A stretch of 64,000 nt of DNA from Chrysomallon squamiferum (taxonomy: Eukaryota > Animalia > Mollusca), in the NCBI GenBank assembly GCA_012295275.1, contig CM022670.1, positions 1,364,001 to 1,428,000 of the forward strand. Direction: 5' to 3'. Both the position numbers and the translations under genes were made by a program. Of the stretch, positions 41,395 to 54,800 are shown in pieces. Every line of letters starts with the position of its first letter. The stretch's first letter is position 1. The notes below the pieces were generated by a model that was not told where the DNA came from, searched no databases, and saw only the letters and a program-made list of their open reading frames with translations.

Positions 41395-44300
41395 TTAAAC
41401 AAGTTTCATGCCCTTCAAGTTTTGTTGCAGATTTAACTGTTCTCTTTGCTGGCGCATTTTTTCAGCAGTGAATGCCAGTTTGTTGCTTTTCTTTTCTAAT
41501 CGTCTTTCCTGGAAAATAATGTACAAGATAAATAAGCATTTGTCTTGTTAACAATCACATTTCATAAAAAACATAATATTCATATTGGACAATCATCTTT
41601 AAACATGATCTCTACTGAGATCAGTTTTAATTTTATGATTAATACACAATATCTGACAAACACAGCCTAAACCTGAACTTCAGCTAAAGAAGGTAAATCG
41701 TGCTGGATTGAAGGAAAAATACTGTGATACACCAGATTCAATTATAATAATTATTATAACCATTGCAGATATCATAATAGGGAAGGTCGAAATTTTGACC
41801 TGTTCAACTGTAATTAAACACATACCTGAGGAATAGCATGGCAGCAAAATTGAAGTAATTATGTAATAATACCTTTTATTTCAGTGTACAAGAGAATATA
41901 AAATAAAAATAAAATGTTTTAATTAAATTCTTTGCATCCTACCTTTCTTTCTTCTTTAATAGCTTGTTTTCTTGCCCTTTTTTCTTCTGGAGTTTCATTT
42001 TTAGGCCGGAATGTGGTTGTCCTATCAGCCCTTCTACTTTCACGCATTTCCTTCTCAATTTGCTTTTTTGTTAGACCTCTTTGTGATATGCTGTCAGCTG
42101 GAATTCCCAACTTTCTAGTGAGTTTAATTGGTTTTCCCTAATCCAAATAGAAATAAAATGATAAATTGAGAAGGAAGGAAAGAAAATTCTAATTAATCAA
42201 GACATTTTTAATCCACAGCTAATGAGTTAAAGAGGGAGGAAACCAACTGCCACAACAAGATGGTACATTCTTTATTCAGCAACAAGATATCCCAGATATA
42301 GTACAGCACAGGCTATGGTCATACACTGAGGATTGACCCTATGACCCACGACCATTAACAGAAATTTTTCTGTGAAATAAAATAGTGCAAAATACTTTTT
42401 CTACTGCATTAATTTAATAAAGCTCAAAAATATCAATTGAGCAGCTTTAAAAATTAACAAAGTGATAATTTGATTAATATATTTAATTATACATTAATTT
42501 ATTACCTTGGATGGCTCTGAAATTATCTGCGGATGATTATAAAGGGTTGAATATGTACCTGAAAAATAGACATGCAAATTTATTTTAATGCCAGAGAATC
42601 AGGATATGAAGCATTTAACATCAAGTCCTAAGCTCTGAAAAAAAAGGACAGCAACTAGATTCTATTTCATTTTATTATTAATGAAAACTGGGTGGCAAAA
42701 CAGAGATAAATCAGAATTTGAAAGTATGCAAAATACATTTAGACTATTGCTTCGTATCAACAAAAGTTACTTACTAAGAATAGATTCACAGTCCCACTTC
42801 TGTGCAGGCTCCTCTATAACCATTTTGACAACATCATCTTCTGAGTCAGATTCACTGCTTTCAACATCAACATCACACATTCCTACACCTTCATCAACAA
42901 CATCTTTAAGCTTTCTGAAAACACAGAAACCAGTGAGAAAAGGTTTTTACTTCAGTTTGTCATATGTATTTTGTAGATGTACAAACCTGCTTAAATAAAA
43001 GAAGAACAAACCTAATACCAGAATTAATAACAGGTGTATACAAACAGAGGTAAGTGACTGAAACATTTACACAATCAATCTGTCTGGAATCATTACAATG
43101 ACAATAATCTGTAAGGAGAAACAGTACAAAAATATACTTTAACTGATTTGTGTTCTTTAATTGGACACTTAATAACTTAAAAAAAATAATAAAAAAATTG
43201 TGAAACTATATTTCACTGAAGTTTTCATCTAAAACCTTGCAGTAAGAAGATTGACTGATTTGCTCAAGACAAGAGAAAAATACAAATGTATATGAAGATA
43301 AATTAAATTACGAAAAAACCCCTATCTGTTATGAGAACTACAGAAACAATTTTGTATTTAAAAAATGGATAAATATTAAACTTACACTTGTTTTTTTCCT
43401 TCCTCAAACTCCTCAATAATATTATCTAAAACAACATTATCAGAGTTCAGATGACCTTCAATGTCTTCATGATCCAGTGCTCCAATATCATTTTCATCAT
43501 ACTGTTCAAACAGCTAACAGAAACAAATACAATATTACTACCAAGTCATATCTATAAACTGCTCTTGTCATTATTTACAGATAATGGCTATAGCTGACAT
43601 TTTATTTGGGCCATCTGTTGAATGTTAGTTATGAGATGAATAATAATATTAAATTATAATGCAAAAAACCCCACTAGTTTCAAGGCACAACACAATAATA
43701 TTTTATTTATAATTTCTTTATTTTATTATTTTATTTTAATAATTCTTGTGAAAAAATCAACAAAACAAGCTTATAGCATCATCAGTGATTAAAGACACGG
43801 AAAGAAAGTGATACTGAAAATAGAAATTGAAAATTAAATAATTATTTAATATTTAAAATTAAAAAAAGGACAGACTAGCATTCTTTTCTTCAGTCATATA
43901 TCAGTTCACTGATATGCACACACACTCTCACACTTTTTTCTTTCTCTCAAAGACTTTAGTGTAACATACCTTCTCAAAACGATCATCTAACAGAGACAGA
44001 CCTTCATTTCTTCTGATGACAGATGATGTCATGGAATAGTTTGTAAACCGAGATTTTGTTTCTTCCTCCTTAAACATATCCTCATCTGACATGTTAGCAC
44101 CATCTGAATCAACCCCATCATCTGATACATCCTCCCTGTTTTATAAAGAAAACAATAATGAGAAAGCTCAGTTAAAATACAAAAGACAGCAAAACCAAAC
44201 CTTCAAATTTAATAAAAACTGAAAACAAATGCCAGCTTTACTCTAGAAGGGATTTAATTGGGTTTTTTAAATGAGTTGAAACTTAATTATTTTCCTCTAA

Positions 44301-46026
44301 TATAATGGTCACAAATTAATCCTCTATATATCAATACAGTAATGTGCCATTTTATTGTTTGATATTTCAAAAATTGTTTTAGATGGATTTTTCTCTTGTA
44401 AGGTGCAGGTACATGTCTCTTCAAAGATAACTTCAAATGTTTTCATTAAAAACTGTTTATCTGTCATCCAGTTTTTAATACATTTATTGTAAGTTCAGAT
44501 TTTTTAAAAGAAAAATATACAATCAAAACATTAGGAGTGCTAACATTATGTAAATAATTTACCATTCATTATCATCATCAAAGTCATCTTCATTGTTCTC
44601 ACATTTGGAATTGGCTTGCAGTATGAAATCATCCTCCAGAATGTTGTCTGGATCATTAAAGTCAAAGTCATCATCTAAAGCGGCAACTACATCTGGATCC
44701 CAATCTAACTTAGGTCCTATAAATATAATAATAATAATGACAAAATACTTCCTTATATACTTTTTAACAGTGTAAAATGATTCTATTTAGCTTTAAAAAT
44801 ATCATAACAAAAAACAATTAATAAAAATAATAATAATTTTTTTTTAAATTAATAATAATAATGATAGTAACAATAATAGTAAAATTTTTAAAAAATAAAG
44901 TAAAAAAAATAAATTAAAAACACTGGAGAAATTATATTTTCAGAATGATTACTCTGTATGCAACTTGATTCAAATTCACTGATGATGTTTTAAATGTTTG
45001 AATCTTAGAAAACATATACCTCGAACAGGTGCAGCCTTGTTGAGCAGCCCAACTTCAGTCTCTATTTCAGATGCAAAGACTGAAGATGGTAATTTGAGAG
45101 TCACATCTTTAGTTTCTTTTGTCTGAAACTGAAAATTTAATTTGACAACAAAATCAAATGAACACATTAAAGTAACTGATACTTAAAGTAAATTATTGAG
45201 AAAAAAAACAAGTGTAATGTTCTCCTTAAATCTTTTAGAAAATAATGTAAACCTGACTAACAGATAGGAAATATTGCCATTTTCTTTCATGCAGTGTACT
45301 ATGAATGATTTGTTAACTGACACACAAATTTCTCTCTGGAAAGATTTAAATGCTAAGCAGTAAAAGAGTCCATAAAAATAGGTTTCCTCATGGTTTCAGA
45401 AGTTATAGAATTAAACAATCTGATATAAAATTATGATAATACTCACCCCTGATTCAGGAATACTCGCAGGTTTGGTCACCTTGAAGGTATCAATTACCTC
45501 AAGCTGACATTCATTCACATCTTTCAAGTGACTTAAATAATCATAATCATCATCAAAAAATATTCCAAACTTTCGCTGTTCTTCTTTCTGCTTTTCGTAC
45601 TGATCATTCTGGAAATAAAATCCAATTTATTAAGTCATCAGTTATATGTAACAATGTATGATTTACTATAGGTCATGGAAGTATTAAAATTGAAACAATT
45701 TTTAAAAAAAAGTTTTCAAAATATGGATAATGGAACAAAAAAGAAAACTGCAAAATTATTATCTGCAATCATAACATTTTAGTTAATGTTAAGGAATTCT
45801 TTCAAAAGAAACCAATTTAAATTATTTATTACTTACTCTGTTGTTTAATTTATGTTTTAAAACACCTACATATATCATGGTGGAAAAAAGTGAAAACTCA
45901 TAGGATTAGACATTACCTAATCTGTCAAATAAGTTTTATTTGTGATTAATGCACAGCTATGTTCAAAACTAATGTCACACCCAATGATTAAGAATCTAGT
46001 GAAGATATCTCCTCAATCCTCACACA

Positions 46027-46069
<43 letters not shown>

Positions 46070-46615
46070 CCATCCATCCATCTGTACTTAGATACATACG
46101 TTACATAAAGATACTGGCAGGCTAAAAATACTAAAATTCCTAACATATTAAATTAATGATATCAAATATCTGCAAGTTCAGCCTGTCAATCATTGAAAAA
46201 TCACTAAATAACTATTTTTTATGGTGATAAATTTAATAAATGTTACTTATATATTTATAACTATATATAGTTGCAAATTTAGTTTCAAACATCTAAATAA
46301 AACTATCAGTCTCCAACATAATTTAATTATGTACATTTATCAAAACCAATTATTTTTGTTTATATTAATTATTAAGAAACGAAGCATTTCATATGGGTCT
46401 ACTAAATTTTATTTTATTTCATGTATGCTAACATATTCATTTCGAATACATATATACAGTTATACAGACACATATACTTATTAACAAACCTTATATGGCA
46501 GTAACACTCTTTGACTTGCATCTTCACTAGCCTGAAGAGGATCTTTCTGACTACGATGAACTACTTGGAAGGATATTGCATGTTTCTTGTCAATGAATTT
46601 TTTCTTCTTTGAAGG
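41395..46615 (-). CDS. LTV1: Protein LTV1 homolog (40S ribosome biogenesis factor), ~447 aa; the initiator ATG lies in an unresolved upstream exon
   Basis: Exons 46615-46490, 45608-45447, 45122-45020, 44716-44563, 44135-43970, 43513-43386, 42914-42775, 42558-42506, 42137-41943, 41508-41395 (TAA), all GT-AG and in phase. Motifs: FQVVHRSQKDPL, FGIFFDDDYDYLSHLK, ETKSRFTNYSMTSSVIRRNE, WDCESILSTYSTLYNHP, and a basic C-terminus. Confidence 0.96.
42170..42355. mobile_element. Degenerate SINE-like dispersed repeat in an LTV1 intron; related fragments at ~8750-8806, ~18395-18460 and ~38820-38965
   Basis: Shares GAGGAAACC..CTG...AGCAACAAG with 8752-8804, and the other two fragments resemble the opposite strand. 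It resembles an abundant gastropod repeat as recalled; not verified. Confidence 0.45.
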
Positions 46616-46718
46616 CTGTAAAACAAATATTAGTTATAGCCACACTCTTTATTTAATAAATTTATTACTCTCTTGTAAAATTTCAGGTTTTAATGAATCT
46701 CCTTAAAAAGACATATAA

Positions 46719-46927
46719 AAATGTTAAAAAAAAAAATAAAAATAAAAAGTCTCATACATCCACTTCAAATTGTTAGTCTAGTAACAAAACAACAATAATA
46801 ATAAATCTATACAAAATAAAACATTCATGTATAATTATAAACTGTTATTATTATTGTTTTTTTGTTTCTAGACTAACAATATTAAGTGGATGTATGAGAC
46901 TTTTTATTTTTATTTTTTTTAACATTT
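46719..46927. repeat. Long inverted repeat (~85-bp arms, ~40-bp spacer) in the LTV1 5' intron
   Basis: 46719-46804 is nearly the reverse complement of 46845-46927 (core aaaagtctcatacatccactt / aagtggatgtatgagactttt and attgttagtctag / ctagactaacaat). Confidence 0.95.
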
Positions 46928-47918
46928 GTTGTTATATTTTTAATGACTTGTAGGTTGCATGTTTTTTGTCATTTTAGCATATATATATAATATGAAATGA
47001 ATGAATTACAAGAAATATTTTTTAGCCATCAATTCTATATGAACTTGTAGAAATAAATCAGTTTTCTTTATTACAACTCACATCAATTAATTATTAACTG
47101 TACATACTGGTATTATCAATTGAAAATCATTTTATTGACTTGATGGTCTTGAGAAACCATAGTTATAATCAGAAGCTAGTAAGACAAAAGGTAGGATTGT
47201 GTGTGATTGCATGTGTGTGAGAGGAAAAGGATAGTGTCCACTTAATAATCATCCACTTGAACATTAGTATAAAATTACTGTCCACTGATAGGCAGACATT
47301 ATTTCAATTCGAATACATACATACTTCAGTTACATTTATTTCATTCTTGAGAAAATTCTATTAAGACACTAAATAATAATAAGTTTAATAATATATTTAA
47401 TTTTAAACAGCATCTGATTCTTTTCTGTTTGAACATAAAATCTTCTAAACTGCAGCTGAAAATGGAATTAACTATTAATATTATAATGGCTATTGTATAC
47501 CATGATTTTGTTACAGTAACATAACAGAGTTATAAGAGCTTTACTAGCAATGCTAACGAAAATTTGCTATCACTTTTTTACAGAAATGGCAAATTCCCAA
47601 CCTCTAAATGTTACATTAATTTACTATATGTTTCAAAGCAGAATCAGATCAAAAATCAGTTTATTTTGTTAGGGGTGTTTCTTGTAAATATAAAATAACA
47701 GAAAAATTATCATGAATGACAACTCATTCACAAATGATCTTATGTTCATATATCAAATGAAACAGGCCAACAATGGTACTTAATTTAATAACTTTTAAAT
47801 CTACCGTATTTAAGGTCTTTATAAACAGAACACTTTATTAAACAGATCATACAAATTTGATAAAGATATCTCTTAAAATAAGGTTTTCTGTGACTTAAGG
47901 TCGAGGTTTATAAATAAT

Positions 47919-47954
<36 letters not shown>

Positions 47955-48349
47955 GTATATTTGCAGTGTCTGATTTTTGACAACTTTGAAGTGTGATATC
48001 ATATCTTTGTCATTTTTTCAGAAATCTTCAAACATTTTTCTTCTTTTAAATTTATAGTTATTATTATTATCTATTTGATAATAATAATATATGCGTTAAA
48101 ATTGCTAAAACAATTATACAATTTATAGTAAGAGTTACAAAGTTTGTTTAAGTTAGGAAAATCTATCGTAAATTATTGATTATATTCATCATAGATTCAT
48201 AGCAACTAAAATTCCATTACTAAAATATTTTTCATAATAATTTTTATATAATAAAAATACGTGGAAAAAAATCAGCAAAAACTCACTGATCAATTATGTA
48301 TCTGTAAACAACGTTTATTTGAACAACTAATCATTGCAGTTAACTACCC

Positions 48350-48866
48350 ATGCTACTTCCGGTTTGATGTTGCCACTAAAGAGTACTGGAAATATAAATC
48401 AATAACGTATGCGTCTATGCGTGCAGGATGATTTTAACCTTTAATTAAGACAATTATTTACCATTCTTGGCGTCAAAAAGAAATCTTATGTCACACCATC
48501 ACACTGTCAATTGCGTTACTCATAAGACATAACCATCTGTTAACGTTACAAAAACGGAAGTAAATTATTATGTGCAAGTTCGTCCTTCTCAACAAGCAGC
48601 ATCTAATTTCTTTTTCTTTTATTTTTCTTCTTATTATTTTATATTTGTTTATTTATTTATTTATTTTTAAAACTAAATTATGCTTATCGTTTGATCCAGA
48701 AATAGATATAATTATCAAAATGTATTACAACAAATTTCTGAAAAACAAACATAAGACCATCATAATATGGAGTAAATGTATGAGTTAGGTAGCCGCGATC
48801 ATCAGACGATTGTCTTAGATATAAAATGACGTTACGAACATATAATTTAAGCAGTACATTATGATT

Positions 48867-48897
<31 letters not shown>

Positions 48898-49020
48898 AAA
48901 ATTGTGATTTTCTCCATTCCTATCCCAAGTCACCAACCATATTTTTCTGAGCATGCGTAATCTGAAAAGTTTCCGCAATGGCGGGAATTGTTTGCGGAAC
49001 GTGGTTGGCAGTAGTCGATT
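48350..49020. promoter_or_regulatory. Probable bidirectional promoter region between LTV1 (-) and the kinase gene (+)
   Basis: Head-to-head gene orientation; ETS-type ACTTCCGG at 48355-48362; AATGGCGG (YY1-like) near 48977; local CpG enrichment. Confidence 0.6.
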
Positions 49021-49202
49021 TTTTGTTTCACGCTAATAACTGTTAACTCTAAATTTGAAAATCATTTGAACTGATTTTAATTCATATTAATGCAACAAAA
49101 TAATGTTGGACATCATGTATTATGCATACTGTCGAGGTGTTTTAGCGCCTGCCATAATGATCATGACTGTAGTAACATACTTTACAAATTACAGGTACGT
49201 GA

Positions 49203-49268
<66 letters not shown>

Positions 49269-49285
49269 GAAATATGTGCATTAAG

Positions 49286-49849
49286 TCACAAGCACTAATA
49301 TGGGCCGGGTAATCACCGAAATTTCATTATGTCACCACCATTCAGTGATTCACTGTGGTCACTGATAATGGATATGTAGAGAGATCATTTTTACTGCGCA
49401 GTAAGACTTGGAATGAATATTTCAGTCTTTGTAAAACCATATGTCCAGTTTATATTTGTTTCCTATTTGTTATTTAGAATTTTATTTTATTTGTTGTTTT
49501 TGGGTTTCTTTTTTAAATATACATATATAAAAAAAATAAAAAAAAAAAAAAGACAAATCATAAGTTAATATACACTAGTAGAGGGTCACATGCACTAATA
49601 TGGGCCGGGTAATCACCGAAATATGTCACAACCATTCACAGTGGTCACGGGTACGTAGAGGTAATTTTTACTGCGCAGTAAGACTTTGAATGAATATTTC
49701 AGTCTTTGTAAAACCATATGTCCAGTTTATATTTGTTTCTTACTTATTATTTAGAACTTTATTTTCATTGTTGTTTTTGGGTTGCTTTTTTAAATATATG
49801 TATAAAAAAACTAGACAAATAATAAGTTAATATACACTAGTAGAGGGTC
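49286..49849. repeat. ~300-bp tandem duplication
   Basis: gcactaatatgggccgggtaatcaccgaaat occurs at 49292 and 49592, and both units end in taagttaatatacactagtagagggtc. Confidence 0.95.
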
Positions 49850-51841
49850 CATAAAAATGGAGTCGATTATTGATAGCTACTTTTATGTGACAAAGATAAT
49901 CTCATCATTTTATATGTGAAACCTGGTTATCCGTAAAGCTGTTTCATTAGATATATTTCCATTGCATAAACTAACTATAGTCTAGATATTTCATTAAATT
50001 ATTGATTTTTATATGTAAGTATTCTAGAGATTATCTAGTCTATTATAGAGTATATATATGAATTGGAGAAAAGATAAAATAATGACAAGTATTAAATAAA
50101 TATGTATTAAATAATTAATAACTGTCACAGTGCCACTGCTTAAAGTGCTTGTTATCATGGCTAGGGGTTCAGAAATCAACTGTAAGGATTGGTAAATTTT
50201 AAATTGTGACTGTAAAATACATGTATATTCACAAGTTATTTATTTATTATAGAACATATTTTGTAATAATATTAAAGAAAATGAACACAACTAAATTGTT
50301 TACAGTTTTGTGGAATCAGTTGAATCAGTCATTGGAGAAACAAGGTAATTGTGTTAATATAACCACATGTGTGTGTGTCACCAGAATCTCTGAAAATGGC
50401 AATATCTGTACGATGACCATCTCATTCACTTTCACAGACTGTCCCTTTTGACATATATTTTTCATAAAAGGTCCATGCTGCATTTGAGAATTCCTCTCCA
50501 CTTTTACTAAATCTACAGCCTTATTGTCACCTCTTTTGCTGGCAAAGCAGTTAGAAATTACATGGTTTGTCTTGTGGCAGTAACTCTAACATGTAAAAAG
50601 TCAGGTAAAACTGTTCATTTGTCATTAACCCACTCATGCATCGTAACTGATTATTATTTCTGAACTCAAACTGTCTGCTTGTAATTGGTTGATTACCAGT
50701 GACATCCAACAATCTGTGAGGTTCATGCAACAATGTTTTCATATCTGTATCATTTGTTTTCATAACTAAGTTATTTTTATGAATTTAAAAGAATTTATAA
50801 GTGGCTAGTGCAGCTTCCTGTAAAGTGTTGATACCCTGATTTGGCCAAATGTGCTTTAACATTAATCAGTAAACAATTATTAATTCCTTCTAATATAATC
50901 TTCTCTCTAAACTTCTCATAGTTAATATCAATAATTTCTGATATGGTTTACTTATCACAGATTTTGTTTTTTAGGTACAAAATCTGATTATATTTCAGAC
51001 TCTATCCTCTCTGATTTTCGGAAAGACTTGATATTCCTTGCTTGTTAACTGATACGCTCTAAGTACTAATGTTTTTTAAACCATGTTTATATAATTGTCA
51101 GATTTGAAATTTCATGTCCTTTTGACAGTTTTCTTTAATGACAGCTGTCAGAAATTTTGTCTATGGGTCTGTGAGTAGTAATAGCTGATAAAACAAAAGT
51201 TGTTGTTAGACACAGTATAACCTGTTCACAGTTTTGTATGTGGCATTTGTATATTGAGAATATCACCAGTTACTATCATACTATGCAACCCATTTGCAAG
51301 AATTATATATGATTTTTTATTCATATCTGAGTCTGTTTTATGGACAAAATGCAGGTAAATCTACTGATTCCAAATTGACCGATGTATAATAATAATAGTT
51401 TTTATAAAAAACAAACTTTAATTTTATGCATGATAAAATTAGTAGTATATTCAATAAAAATTAGTAATATATTTTAACTTCATTATACTATATATGTGGC
51501 AAGTGAGCCATATGAGAATAGTCTTTATATGAAAATATAATGAATATATATCTTTGTTTATGATAGTTTAACATCAGTAATTGTGAAGTGTGATGCAAGA
51601 ATACTTCTTGAAACATTTTAAATATGCAAAATAACATTTCTTGATGGTGTGCCTTTATCCATGGATCATTCTGAATTTTAAAAAACTGTATTTTTTATAT
51701 TCGTTTTTGCCTGTAATGATCTCAAAGCATGTCTTAGTGAATCTTCCTTCTCTATTGTTTTTGTACTTTATCTTTTTAGCCCTGTAGCAAGGCAGTCATC
51801 ATAAAAATCAGTAAAATTTTCAGAATTTCACACAAAAAGGC

Positions 51842-54800
51842 ATGTCTTCAGAAAGTAGCTATTCAGGTGACCTGCTACAAGATGAAACAGAGAATATTTT
51901 CAAAGAAGGTAACTGATGTTTCTTGCATTTCTTATTTTTCTTTAATTTAATATAGTTTCAGTTAACAGTAACAGCATCACACATTTTCAGTGTTTTCAGG
52001 ACAGTAAATTTTTCTATTAACTGAAGTTTTACATCTATTCTTTTTCATTGGATGGTTGGCAGAGATTTGTATTTTAACGCAGGTTTAGAATTCTATAATT
52101 TTATGATCTTGTGTAATTTGATGATATTTCATGAATTAAATATCTTTTCTTTTATTAAGTGCAGGTTACTACCCAGTACTGAGTGGAAACCCAAAGGTAT
52201 TGTTTATTATCTCATGCTTTCCATTAATCTTATTAAAATCATAGTTAAACAGATAGTCTCATGGGTGATGGCATTTTTGAAGGTGACCAGTTTAGAACAA
52301 AAGTAATAAATTCATTTAACTAAAACAGATAAGGCAGATAAAAAATCAAATACAATTTCTAGTACTTCACAGTTATTTAAGCTGGCAAGAAAATTATTAA
52401 ATGTATTAGCTAAAATATTAAATTGTTTTTGATATTCAGTTAAAGTAAGTTGGGTATTTCTGGATTAAAAAAACTGTGGAGATAATAGTTTACTTAGTTT
52501 GATTATGCTGCCATTTTGTTGAATTGCCACACAAATTTGAAATAATCAGTGTTCTATTTGTTGGCAAAGTAACATTGATTTCCTTTCTCCAGAATAAGGC
52601 TATGCAGAGGGTCCTCGCTGAAAAATTGTCTGAAGGAGAAAATGGAATTAACCAAGGGATTGACAGTGGTATTAATTCTGGTACATCTGAAAAAAACAGT
52701 CTATGGCAGAGGAAAGAAGAAACACCAAGAAGTCCAAAAGTGCCAACAAGGGGAGATACTAAAGGGGAAAACCAGGAACCATTTGGTTTCAGCAGTATTA
52801 GCTTTCCTCTGAAACCAGTAAACAATTTACAACAGTTTGAATGTGCATTACCAAAACAAGATACTGGTAGAGGTGTTATCAACAATTGGGTAAATAATTT
52901 ATTTTCTTTGATTTCTTTTGGTATGTAAAGGATACAAATAGATCATTTTTTGTTTTTATTTCCTTTTCTTACCTTGAAGAATTTAAATAATATAATTTTA
53001 AAAAGATTAATTGAAAAAAAAAAGATAATATCCGTTGAGATGTCACTACATATATTGTTTATTTTCAAATATTTGAGTTTGTTCTTTTGGATTATTTCAC
53101 AATAGTATTTTGTTTAATTGAAAATTCACTCCTCTTTAATGTGACTTTGTCAAGCCACTCTATTTTTGCAGAAGGTTCAGAGATCTTTGGAGGATCCCCT
53201 GTTGCAGATAACACCATTGCTGAACAGAGAAAACATTTACCTTTGTTATTCAAGAAATGAAGACTGCACCTTCGTTATAAAACTGGTAAGAATCAAATGG
53301 TAGGAATAAAGTTGTACAAAATCTGTCTTGGTATAATATATATTTTAATCCAGAATAATGTTTTGTACTGTATAGGTAATCATATAATTTATAAATGCCG
53401 GTTTATTGCTAAATAATAACAATAATTTCATATATATAAATATTTTTCATAAATAATATTATGAACAGCTAAAATAATAATTATTAAAAGTAATACACTG
53501 TGGACAGTTAATTGTTTTTATGTATATATTATATTATGTACATCGCTAAACCGACATTCAAGTATCACAGGTAAGTCCACAAATTGGGACTAACTGAAAT
53601 TTCACATTATGTCAGATTACCAGTTAAATACTCAGACCTGAAATTTACAGGTCTGGCTCATTGACTAAAATGTATTAATTATGATTTATACTTTGAAGAT
53701 ACCGTATGAAGACTACTTGAAACGGAGGCAAGAACTTCAGGTGCCTTTAAGCAATCAAGCATTTCCATGGATGATTAAAATATTTGGCATAGCCAAATTA
53801 AAGAAAGGATATCGAGATTATGTTGCTATTTTCATGGAATATGTTTCTGGTATGTTTTAAACTGATTTTAAAGCTATTTGTTATAAAATGTTCTTTCATG
53901 CTATATTGAAACAAATTTACAGTGGTACCTTGAGTTATGAGCAGGTGCCTAATCAATTTTTTGCTTTGAGTTGCGAGCCAAAATCCAAGTTAAAAGCAAG
54001 CTTCAGATACGCTGCCACTAGTTGGTGCAACGAACAACACAACATCTGCCCAGCATCCCGATCACAGAAAAACACTAGGTAGGTGTGCGTGTTGTAAACA
54101 AGGCAAGGCAGTACAAGCGTAATGCTATTACAGTATGTACCATATTGAAGAAGGAGTTGATAAAGGTTATAACTCCAGCCAAAGGTGTTAAAATAATTTC
54201 TAAGCTATGAAAAGATGGAGAAACCCTAACCTTGTACATTTTATAAAACCAATTTATTTCTTTTCATTCTCTTTTATTTTGTTTTTATACAATAATTGTC
54301 ATTTAAACATACATTTTACTTATTTAAAAACTATTTAACAAAAAATTGGTGTGGTTCATCAGGGCCTGGAATGGATTAATGGTATTTCAGTTAATTTCAT
54401 GTGGGAAAATTGGTTTGATATTTGAGCAAACTGAGTTATGAGCTCGGTCACTCAATGAATTAAACTCATAAGTCATGGTACTTCTGTATGTCACAATTAT
54501 AATATGGTATGTCTTAGGAGATGTACGTATCTAATGAATAATCAGTAACTTTGACTCTTTTCATTTGATCCATGATTTTAATGATGTATGTATACATACA
54601 TCCATACACAGATATATATATTAATGCAGATACTTGTTATTCATTTTTAATTTGTTAATTTTTATTTATTTATATACTTATTTATTTTTGATTTCATTAT
54701 TTTATTATAATAATTTATTTTTATTTTTATTTATTAATTTGTTGTTGTTGTTGTTGTTTTTGAAAAGGTAAATCCTTAGATCAATCAATTATACCATGGT

